Positions 38,956 to 47,022 of a DNA stretch of 64,000 bases are shown one piece after another. The DNA is taken from positions 424-64,423 of the forward strand of contig JBGAWP010000011.1 in NCBI GenBank assembly GCA_044227505.1. Direction: 5' to 3'. The stretch is from Chitinophagales bacterium (GTDB lineage: Bacteria; Bacteroidota; Bacteroidia; Chitinophagales; BACL12). The notes beneath the pieces are model-generated. The model was not told the DNA's origin, searched no databases, and saw only the letters and a program-made list of their open reading frames with translations. The position numbers and the translations under genes were made by a program. Every line of letters begins with the position of its first letter. Within the stretch, counting starts at the first letter, position 1.

Positions 38956-39735
38956 ATGAAGAAGTTCGCGATTTTTACCGGTGTGTTTGCCTTGTTTTTA
39001 GCCCTAATGGTATCTTGTAAGGATAACGAAGGGCCAAATTCCGGTGGCACTGCACAATTAAAAATTTATTTAACTGATGCACCTGCTGAATATGATGCAG
39101 TATATATTGATGTGCAATCAGTGGAAATTCATACTGATGAGGATGGATGGAAAACCTTAAATGTGATTAATCCCGGAATTTATGACCTGCTGAAATTTAA
39201 TTCAGGAATTGATACGCTTATCATTGATGAGGATATCGCACCACAAACAATTTCTCAGATCAGATTAATTCTCGGTGACAATAACAGTTTAGTGGTTGAC
39301 GGTGTTACACATGCACTGGAAACACCTTCTGCAGAAACATCAGGATTAAAATTAAATGTACATTATACATTTGAAGCCGGTATAGCATATGAGCTTTGGA
39401 TGGACTTTGATGCAGAACAATCTATTGTGGAAAAAGGGAACGGCGACTATTCCTTAAAACCGGTGATACATGTTTATACGCAAGCAGAAACCGGAGCAAT
39501 TTCCGGATCAATATTTCCTGTTGATGCCGCTTTTTATGTGATGGCAACAACCCCTTCAGATACTATCGGAACATTGATTGCAGATGACGGCACTTTCTTA
39601 ATTGGTGGGGTTCCGGCAGGAAATTATGATGTAACTTTTTCAGCTGTTGCAGGATTCACAGACATTACAGTGGAAGATATTTCAGTATCAACAGGGAATG
39701 TAACATCTATCGGTGTTATCACTATTCCATTATAA
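38956..39735 (+). CDS. DUF4382 domain-containing lipoprotein (start moved to MKKFAIF.. at 38956)
   Basis: Lipobox LALMVSC. LKIYLTDAPAEYDAVYIDVQSVEIH...GWKTL...YDLLKF is typical of DUF4382. The C-terminal region is carboxypeptidase-regulatory-like. Confidence 0.85.
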   Translation: MKKFAIFTGVFALFLALMVSCKDNEGPNSGGTAQLKIYLTDAPAEYDAVYIDVQSVEIHTDEDGWKTLNVINPGIYDLLKFNSGIDTLIIDEDIAPQTISQIRLILGDNNSLVVDGVTHALETPSAETSGLKLNVHYTFEAGIAYELWMDFDAEQSIVEKGNGDYSLKPVIHVYTQAETGAISGSIFPVDAAFYVMATTPSDTIGTLIADDGTFLIGGVPAGNYDVTFSAVAGFTDITVEDISVSTGNVTSIGVITIPL

Positions 39736-39758
39736 AGTTCTTATTCTATATATAAATG

Positions 39759-39794
39759 AACCAGCACTCCTGAATAAGGTGGGCTGGTTTTTTA
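39759..39794 (+). terminator. Rho-independent terminator between convergent genes
   Basis: Stem aaccagc..gctggtt followed by a T6 run. Confidence 0.65.
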
Positions 39795-39810
39795 TAAGAT
39801 CATTATTTTT

Positions 39811-40494
39811 TCATTTATTTAAACCTGCGATCATATTGATCGTAAGGGCAACTACAAAAGTATTTAAAGCGAAAGATAATAATCCGTGCATTAATACTAT
39901 TCGTCGCATTTTACGTGTGGTGATACTCACATCTGAAACCTGAAAAGTGCATCCAATTACAAAAGAAAAATAAGCAAAATCGATATAGTCAGGTTCTTCA
40001 GTTTGAGGAAAGATCAAACCCTCAGAAGCATACTTATTTTCTTTTTTTATTTTATCGTAATATAAATGCGCGTAATGAAAAGTAAAAATGGAATGCACCA
40101 TGATCCACGATAATAACATTCCCGAAAGGGCAATAATTAAAAACACCCATTTATCCTGCGATTCCGCCTCAGGAGAAATCATTAACAATAAAACCATAAG
40201 CATTGTAGCAAAGGAGGAGATAATAACCATCAGGAATACAAATACCTTACTGCCATCGTCAATATTTGCATGAATTCTTATATCTTCCACCTTCCTGTAA
40301 AATAAAATGATCCAGCTTATTGAAAGGTATATCACAGAAAAAATGATCCAGGTAAACATAAAACGCATTAGCAGTTCGTACTGCGGAAGTAATAGGAAAA
40401 AAGCAGAAGCAACCAACACACTTATTACCAATCGATGTAAGGGTCGCATTTCATTAATAAATTTTAAAATAACATTTCCTCTTTGTTGCTGCAT
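39811..40494 (-). CDS. DUF1345 domain-containing membrane protein
   Basis: Multi-TM protein with FTFHYAHLYY and DFAYFSFVIGCTFQVSDV blocks. Confidence 0.82.
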   Translation of the reverse strand: MQQQRGNVILKFINEMRPLHRLVISVLVASAFFLLLPQYELLMRFMFTWIIFSVIYLSISWIILFYRKVEDIRIHANIDDGSKVFVFLMVIISSFATMLMVLLLMISPEAESQDKWVFLIIALSGMLLSWIMVHSIFTFHYAHLYYDKIKKENKYASEGLIFPQTEEPDYIDFAYFSFVIGCTFQVSDVSITTRKMRRIVLMHGLLSFALNTFVVALTINMIAGLNK

Positions 40495-40599
40495 TTCAAT
40501 GCCAAATTAAACAATAATTAGAATCAAATACCCATCGCAAACCTAACAGAATTCTGTAAAACCCTGCTTTTTATTTACCTTCATGTCAAAATTAACATT

Positions 40600-42075
40600 A
40601 TGGATCCCTTGGTTTACATACTGGCAGGACTAGTGATAGGTGGAATTATTATCTGGTTTGTGCGCAAACTTGTTGCAGAGCGAAATATGGTGGGCAGGGC
40701 TGAATTGGATGAAAAACGCAACCTGCTAACTCAGGCAGAAAGTAAGATACTCTTTTTACAGGAAAAACTAAGTGACATACAGCTGGCTTCCACAACTTCA
40801 GAATTGGAACTTAAGAAAGTGCAGGAAGAAAAGGAAAGAACTAATCTTTTATTGGCTACTTCACAAACTACGCTGGAAAAATTGCAAAAAGATTTTATTG
40901 AATTAAAAACTTTACAGGAAACTAATCTTATTCAAAATAATGAATTAAAAGATTATATACTTAAAATAAAATCAGAAAATGAGGTCTTAAAAGAAAAAAA
41001 TAATACTATTAAACAGGAAATTGAAGAAATTGGTGAAAAATATACAGCGCAATTCAAAAATCTCGCTAATGAGATATTGGAAGATAAAAGCAAAAGATTC
41101 ACCGAAGAAAATCAGAAGAATATTAAATTAATTCTGGAACCACTGAATAACGACATTAAGGATTTTAAGAAAAAGGTGGAAGAAACCTACGAAAAAGAAA
41201 ACAAACAACGATTTTCCTTAGAAGAAAAAATTAAGGATCTTGTTGTTTTAAATCAACAAATAAGTGAAGAAGCCAATAATCTCACCAAGGCGTTAAAAGG
41301 TCAGCGCAAAACACAGGGAGATTGGGGAGAAATGATATTGGAGAATATTTTACAACAAAGCGGATTAACTGAAGGCAGAGAATATTTCAGGCAGGAATTT
41401 ATTAAAGATGAAGCAGGAAATACTATCATGAATGATGATGGTAAAAAAATGCAGCCCGATTTTATATTACAGTATCCTGATAAAAGAAAAGTGATCATTG
41501 ATAGCAAGGTATCCTTAAGTGCATATGAAAGATATAATTCATCAGAAGAGGAGAATGAACAAAAAATGGCACTTCAAAATCATATCGCTGCCATTTATAA
41601 TCATGTTGATGAATTAAATAAAAGAAATTATTCGCAATTTGTTAAGGGTTTGGACTTTGTAATGATGTTTGTTCCGATCGAACCTGCTTATTTATTGGCA
41701 ATTCAAAAGGATAATGATCTTTGGAATTACGCCTATAAAAAACGCGTCATACTCATCTCCCCCACCAACCTGATCGCGGCAATTAAACTTATTTCGGAAA
41801 TCTGGAAAAAGGAAGAACAAAATAAAAATGCCGTTGCCATTGCCGAAAGAGGCGCAGCTATGTATGATAAATTTGTTGGCTTTGTGGAGAATTTAGTGGA
41901 TGTTGGTGATCATATCGGTAGAACACAAAAAAGTTATGATGAAGCCATGAAACAATTAAAAGACGGAAGTGGTAATTTAATTGGTCAGGCAGAAAAATTG
42001 AGAAAATTAGGTGTGCAAGGGAAAAAGGTTTTGCCTGGGACGGTAATTAATGATTCGTTGATTGAGGAGGATTGA
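40600..42075 (+). CDS. rmuC: DNA recombination protein RmuC
   Basis: It has an N-terminal TM segment and a long coiled coil. The C-terminal RmuC nuclease-like domain is QRKTQGDWGEMILENIL...PDFIL..P....VIIDSKVSL.AY...FVMMFVP.E. Confidence 0.93.
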   Translation: MDPLVYILAGLVIGGIIIWFVRKLVAERNMVGRAELDEKRNLLTQAESKILFLQEKLSDIQLASTTSELELKKVQEEKERTNLLLATSQTTLEKLQKDFIELKTLQETNLIQNNELKDYILKIKSENEVLKEKNNTIKQEIEEIGEKYTAQFKNLANEILEDKSKRFTEENQKNIKLILEPLNNDIKDFKKKVEETYEKENKQRFSLEEKIKDLVVLNQQISEEANNLTKALKGQRKTQGDWGEMILENILQQSGLTEGREYFRQEFIKDEAGNTIMNDDGKKMQPDFILQYPDKRKVIIDSKVSLSAYERYNSSEEENEQKMALQNHIAAIYNHVDELNKRNYSQFVKGLDFVMMFVPIEPAYLLAIQKDNDLWNYAYKKRVILISPTNLIAAIKLISEIWKKEEQNKNAVAIAERGAAMYDKFVGFVENLVDVGDHIGRTQKSYDEAMKQLKDGSGNLIGQAEKLRKLGVQGKKVLPGTVINDSLIEED

Positions 42076-42077
42076 TT

Positions 42078-42133
42078 TGTTCTGACATGTAGTAGATCTC
42101 CTGCGTCGACCACTACATGTTTCGGTTCTGGGC
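42078..42133. repeat. About 52-nt hairpin element, copy 1 (partner at 61666-61730)
   Basis: gttctgacatgtagtagatctcctgcgtcgaccactacatgtttcggttctg. The arms are acatgtagt.g.tc / gac.actacatgt. Confidence 0.85.
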
Positions 42134-42178
42134 CTGCCTGCCGACTGCGTCAGCGTCAGGCAGGTTCTGAGTTCTGAG

Positions 42179-42550
42179 TTCAATGCGGAGGAATATATTA
42201 CGGGTGGTCTATCCGATTAATGTTCTTTATTCCATGTTCTTTACCTGCCTGCCGCTGAAGCTGTCAGCAGGCAGGTTCGATATTATTTTTGCGTTCTGCG
42301 TTCAATACGGAGGAATATCTTACGGGTGGTCTATCCGATTAATGTTTTTTATTTTTTGATTGTTATTGGATATTATTTCTGGGTCCAATACGGAGGAATA
42401 TCTTACGGGTGGTCTATCCGATTAGCGTTTTATATTTTTTGATTGTTATTGGATATTATTTCTGGGTTCAATGCGGAGGAATATCTTACGGGTGGTCTAT
42501 CCGATTAGCGTTTTATATTTTTTGATTGTTATTGGATATTATTTCTGCGA
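42179..42550. repeat. Tandem array of four copies of an about 83-bp unit. Copy 1 is interrupted by a 10-bp-stem CCTGCCTGC hairpin.
   Basis: Unit boundaries are 42179, 42301, 42385, 42468 and 42550. The conserved core is caat[g/a]cggaggaatatcttacgggtggtctatccgatta, followed by an AT-rich half that is also conserved. Confidence 0.95.
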
Positions 42551-42620
42551 TTTCAATCAAATTTCAACGATCATGAAAGCCACTGTTCCCTAATCACTTC
42601 AACAGCGATTTATGCAATAT

Positions 42621-43589
42621 TCACGAAAAAAAACTACGTTCAACACTTAAATCCACCCCGGAATATTCCTTTTGTAATTTTTCGATTTTGTCTAACATCT
42701 TTAATTTAAATTCTTCGTGCTCTTTTAATTCCGGAAAAAAAGGTTTGTGAAGCATAGCTGTATGAATTTGTTCTAATTGCCCTATAAAGGGATAACAAGT
42801 TTCATTAATACATACCTTTTTAAATATCTCCCAGATATAATCAACTGCTACCTCATTTGGATGTACCATGTCTTTTGTATAAAACCGATAATCGCGCAAA
42901 TCATCAAGCATTATTTCGTAAGAAGGAAAATAATAAATATCTGAAAAATTATGTTTAAGTTGGTGAATAGATTGCAATAGAACAGCTTTACTCAGTGCGT
43001 TTTCAACGGCTCCATCTTTTAAATGGCGAACCGGACTCAGGGTAAAAATAATTTGTAATGAAGGATATTTTATTTTTAATTCTCTGATCAGATCGGTCCA
43101 ATCAGCAACTATTTCTTCAGAGGACAATTGTCTTTTTTCAAATAAAGAAGCGGGCATTTTATGGTTGTTTGCCACTACTTTGCCGGTATTTTTTACTGTA
43201 TACACCAAAGAGGTACCGAATGTAATTATCAGATGTGAACATTTATCCAGAAATATTTTCCCGCTTCGCACAGCATCATTCATGCGCCTGATCGCCTCCT
43301 CCTTGTCGGGATGCGCACAATTGCTGTGAAAATCAAAACTTCTGAACAAACTGCCATTTTCAAAGATCTCCATAGGATTCACCCACAATCCCTTCATTTG
43401 CCTTCGAATGGAATTCGCGAGTGAAGGTGGATTAAAAATGATTCCGAAGGGAGTGGAGAGAATATTAAATTTATTAGTTATCAGTTTTTGTGAAATGTGC
43501 TCGGAAAAACAAGAACCAATCAAATACACTTTTGAACTATGATCCATAGTTGAAGGACACGGAGTAACGGGAAACTGAGTTCTGAACAT
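42621..43589 (-). CDS. GSCFA domain-containing protein
   Basis: N-terminal LIGSCFSEHI motif, 322 aa. Confidence 0.85.
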   Translation of the reverse strand: MFRTQFPVTPCPSTMDHSSKVYLIGSCFSEHISQKLITNKFNILSTPFGIIFNPPSLANSIRRQMKGLWVNPMEIFENGSLFRSFDFHSNCAHPDKEEAIRRMNDAVRSGKIFLDKCSHLIITFGTSLVYTVKNTGKVVANNHKMPASLFEKRQLSSEEIVADWTDLIRELKIKYPSLQIIFTLSPVRHLKDGAVENALSKAVLLQSIHQLKHNFSDIYYFPSYEIMLDDLRDYRFYTKDMVHPNEVAVDYIWEIFKKVCINETCYPFIGQLEQIHTAMLHKPFFPELKEHEEFKLKMLDKIEKLQKEYSGVDLSVERSFFS

Positions 43590-43704
43590 AATGCTTTCGA
43601 AATAGATATTTAAAATAGAGTTTGCAATTTAGTATTATAATTTTATTTTTACAGGGTTAAATCAATGGTTCTATTAATTTGCTGTTAAATTAATATACTT
43701 ATAC

Positions 43705-44106
43705 ATGAACGAATTGTTCCATATTTTGATCAAAAGTGATTCCACAACCGGCCTGGCTGAGATCATGAGTGGCTATTTGCGGTTTTACAGCGATAACAGG
43801 ATAAATGTGACAATTTCTGGTAAGAACAGGGTAATTCACCCACTTGCAGAGCAGGTTTTATCAGAAGATGGGATAGAATTTGAGCCATTTATTATTTCAA
43901 AGAGCGTTATTCATCCAGACTTGACAATCATTATCAATAATAATGCACTCTCAGGTAACACTGAGGACCCATCAGTTAAACACTATAATTTCAGAAACCC
44001 TCTTCTGTCAAGCGACTACGATCAAATTCTTTCAGATTTCAGGACCGTAAGGGAAGAAATTAAAAAGGATTGTATACAACTGGTAGGTGAATTGCAATTG
44101 GTTTAG
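43705..44106 (+). CDS. LMW-PTP/ArsC-fold protein lacking the catalytic Cys and Arg (probable pseudo-phosphatase)
   Basis: ILIKSDSTTGLAEIMSGYL aligns with the canonical ILFVCTGNSCRSQMAEGYL, and ..HPLAEQVLSEDGIEF also matches. P-loop changes are Cys to Ser, Arg to Leu and Ser to Ala. Confidence 0.5.
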   Translation: MNELFHILIKSDSTTGLAEIMSGYLRFYSDNRINVTISGKNRVIHPLAEQVLSEDGIEFEPFIISKSVIHPDLTIIINNNALSGNTEDPSVKHYNFRNPLLSSDYDQILSDFRTVREEIKKDCIQLVGELQLV

Positions 44107-44302
44107 TAGATATTTTAATTTATTTAGAATTAAAATATCTGTCAAATTCTCTTAATTACCATTGAGAATTAATTCACCTTGGTAATTTTTAAATCCAGAT
44201 CATTGTTTACTTAATCTTATTTTAATATTATTTCTTGGGATTCAGTATGATACCTTTTCTTCAATGAATATTTTTGCCATACATATTATTATATGTTTAG
44301 TA

Positions 44303-44342
44303 GAAAGGTTGTGTGAGAAATTACACAACCTTTCATTTTTTA
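44303..44342 (+). terminator. Rho-independent terminator about 200 nt downstream of the nearest plus-strand stop
   Basis: 12-bp stem gaaaggttgtgt/acacaacctttc followed by a T-rich run. Confidence 0.55.
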
Positions 44343-44507
44343 AATCCAACTAAATTTTACAATTAGTTAGCATTCGCATAAAACTCTGTTTTTAAGTTTA
44401 CAGATAACTCACCATTTAATCAGATTATTATAATTTAATATCACAACGGTATTAATACTGCACTTCTACTTTTGCCCTCATTAATTTCTAACTAAAAAGC
44501 AATAACA

Positions 44508-46880
44508 ATGAAAAAATTATTACTAGGTTTTCTGACCATCGCGACAGGATTCACCGCGATCAAGGCTCAGGTTGTCACCGTAAGTGGTGAAATAACGACC
44601 AACACAACGTGGACCAACGACAACATTTATCTTTTAAGTGGTTTTGTTTATGTTGAAGATGGTGCAACACTAACCATTGAGGAAGGAACACTAATTAAAG
44701 GTGACAAAGCTTCCAAGGGCACTTTAATTATTACTAAAACAGGAAGTATTAATGCAATTGGTACTGAATGTGAACCAATTGTTTTTACATCAAATGAACC
44801 TGCAGGTACAAGAACTTATGGCGATTGGGGTGGAGTTATCCTATTAGGAGAAGCCCCTATTAATGTTCCCGGCGGAAGCGCAGTAATTGAAGGTGGAGTT
44901 GATACTCCTGAAGGTGATGGAACCTATGGCGGAGCAAATGCATCTGATAACAGTGGTACATTTAAATATGTGCGCATCGAATTTGCAGGAATTCCTTTTG
45001 TTCCCGGGAATGAAATAAATGGTTTAACAATGGGCGGAGTTGGATCAGGTACCACCATAGATCATATTCAGGTATCTTATAGTGGTGATGATGCATTTGA
45101 ATGGTTTGGCGGAACAGTGAATGCCAAATATTTAATTGGATATCGCAACTGGGATGATGAATTTGATACCGATTTTGGATATTCAGGAAAAGTACAATTT
45201 GGTTATGTTTTACGCGATCCGAATGTTGCTGATGTTTCCGGTTCAAATGGTTTTGAATCAGACAATGATGCAACAGGTTCAGCAAATACTCCGATTTCAA
45301 GAGGTTTATTTTCTAACATTACTATTGCCGGTCCTAAAGTAAATACAGGTGATGTAATTAATGTAAATTATAAAAGAGGTGCTCATCAACGAAGAAATAC
45401 CATGACATCTATTTATAATTCGATCATTATGGGATATCCTGAAGCTGGATTTAAAATTGAAGGAACGAATACATCTTTAAATGCCCAGGCTGATAATTTA
45501 CAATTCAAAAACAATATTCTATCAGGTCATGGTGACGATTATCTTTGCACCACTTGCGATGCCGGATTTAATATTGATACATATGGTTCATCAAACGGAA
45601 ATCAAACTATTCTTTTAAATTCTGGTGTTGGATTAGTTGATGCCTTTAATTTATCAAATCCTGATCCCCGTCCAACTGCAGGTTCAACACCTACTACTAT
45701 TGGAACATATTTTGCAGGTTTATTAAGCGATCCTTTCTTTACACCAACCAGTTATGCTGGTGCATTTTCAACATCTGATAACTGGACTGATGAATCATGG
45801 GTTAATTTTAATCCTCAATCAACAGCTTATAACACTCCCGGAATTAATAATAACCCGACTGTTTCAGGCGTAGTTAGCAATATGACATGTCCGAATACAG
45901 GTTCAATTGATGTTTCAGTATCAGGTGGCGCAGGTGGATATACTTATGTTTGGAGCGATGGCCCAACAACACAAGATCGTTCCGGTTTAGCGGCAGGTTC
46001 TTATACTGTTACAGTAACAAGTAATGGTTGTTCAGCTGCTTCCACATTTAACGTAGCAGATGTAACAGTTCCAAAACCAACAGCCTTAATAGCTTCAAAC
46101 ATTACGCATTGCAGTGTTAAAGTAAGCTGGACAGCTGCATCAGGTGCTGCTACCTATGAAGTTCGTTATAGAATTGCAGGTGGAGTTTATTCATCACCTT
46201 TAAATATAGGTGCTGTCACAAACTATACCTTTATAGGATTAGCTGCAAGCACAAGTTATGACTTTCAGGTAAGATCTAAATGTGCTACGTCAGAAAAAAG
46301 TGCCTGGGCCAAAAAAACTACTTCTACAGTTGTTTGTGGTCAAGTAACAGGTGTTACTGCATCAAGTATCACCGCCAGCTCTGCAGTTATTAACTGGGCT
46401 GATGCTTGTGGAACTAATAACTACACTGTTCAATATCGTAAATTCCCATTAAAACCGTGGACTTCTTTACCAACCGCATTTACAACCACAAAAACTATAA
46501 CAGGTTTACTTGCTTCCACAACTTACGAAGTACGTATTATAACTAATTGTGGTGGTGGTGCTTCAACTCCAACTGCCTTCATTTCATTTACAACATTGCC
46601 ATTCCGTGCAGAAAATAATGTTATTGTTGATGAGAATTTAGTTCAGATCAACCCTAATCCTGCATCTGAAAATGTTGCATTGACAATTGAAGCAAATGCA
46701 ACTGTAAATGTTTCCATCGTTAATATGGTTGGACAAGTTGTATATGAAAATACTAATTTAACTGTTGATGGTTTCTCAACCATCAATCTTTCTGTAAACA
46801 ATTTAGAATCAGGAATCTATTTGGTAAATGTAAATGGTGACAATGTGAATGTTACCAAAGAGTTAGTAATAAGTAAATAA
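44508..46880 (+). CDS. Secreted beta-helix protein (paralog A) with SprB repeat, three FN3-like domains and T9SS C-terminal domain
   Basis: It has a signal peptide and an N-terminal roughly 300 aa closely similar to 49901..51769. The SprB-type repeat is CPNTGSIDVSVSGGAGGYTYVWSDG. FN3-like units follow (HCSVKVSWTAASGAATYEVRYR..), and the tail is INPNPASENVALTI...GIYLVNV. Confidence 0.85.
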   Translation: MKKLLLGFLTIATGFTAIKAQVVTVSGEITTNTTWTNDNIYLLSGFVYVEDGATLTIEEGTLIKGDKASKGTLIITKTGSINAIGTECEPIVFTSNEPAGTRTYGDWGGVILLGEAPINVPGGSAVIEGGVDTPEGDGTYGGANASDNSGTFKYVRIEFAGIPFVPGNEINGLTMGGVGSGTTIDHIQVSYSGDDAFEWFGGTVNAKYLIGYRNWDDEFDTDFGYSGKVQFGYVLRDPNVADVSGSNGFESDNDATGSANTPISRGLFSNITIAGPKVNTGDVINVNYKRGAHQRRNTMTSIYNSIIMGYPEAGFKIEGTNTSLNAQADNLQFKNNILSGHGDDYLCTTCDAGFNIDTYGSSNGNQTILLNSGVGLVDAFNLSNPDPRPTAGSTPTTIGTYFAGLLSDPFFTPTSYAGAFSTSDNWTDESWVNFNPQSTAYNTPGINNNPTVSGVVSNMTCPNTGSIDVSVSGGAGGYTYVWSDGPTTQDRSGLAAGSYTVTVTSNGCSAASTFNVADVTVPKPTALIASNITHCSVKVSWTAASGAATYEVRYRIAGGVYSSPLNIGAVTNYTFIGLAASTSYDFQVRSKCATSEKSAWAKKTTSTVVCGQVTGVTASSITASSAVINWADACGTNNYTVQYRKFPLKPWTSLPTAFTTTKTITGLLASTTYEVRIITNCGGGASTPTAFISFTTLPFRAENNVIVDENLVQINPNPASENVALTIEANATVNVSIVNMVGQVVYENTNLTVDGFSTINLSVNNLESGIYLVNVNGDNVNVTKELVISK

Positions 46881-46903
46881 AATGTTAATTGCAGTATGAT
46901 TGT

Positions 46904-46936
46904 AAGCCTCCCGAATTAGTACGGGAGGCTTTTTTG
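46904..46936 (+). terminator. Rho-independent terminator
   Basis: Stem agcctcccg/cgggaggct followed by a T run. Confidence 0.8.
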
Positions 46937-47022
46937 TTTACATTCGATTTATGTTTAACTAATGTTACAATAAAGATTAGGTAACATTAAAGCGAGTTCT
47001 TTGCATATAAATAAATAATAGT

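Noticed and set aside
42179-42550. Possible CRISPR array (regularly spaced conserved core of about 40 nt)
   Set aside because: The 'spacers' between the cores are themselves nearly identical between units, so the whole 83-bp unit is repeated. There are no cas genes, no leader and no unique spacers. This is a tandem repeat, not CRISPR.
44108-44146. Perfect 13-bp AT-only inverted repeat (agatattttaatt / aattaaaatatct) right after the stop of 43705-44106, as a terminator or operator
   Set aside because: The stem is entirely A/T, so stability is low. No T-tract follows, and a stronger terminator lies at 44303-44342. It is noted only as a possible protein-binding palindrome.
46937-47022. Cobalamin or other riboswitch upstream of the TonB-dependent receptor, and an FMN riboswitch upstream of ribH
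   Set aside because: The spacer before the TBDR is only about 85 nt of AT-rich DNA after a terminator. ribH starts 6 nt after the preceding gene. There is no room or conserved motif for either.
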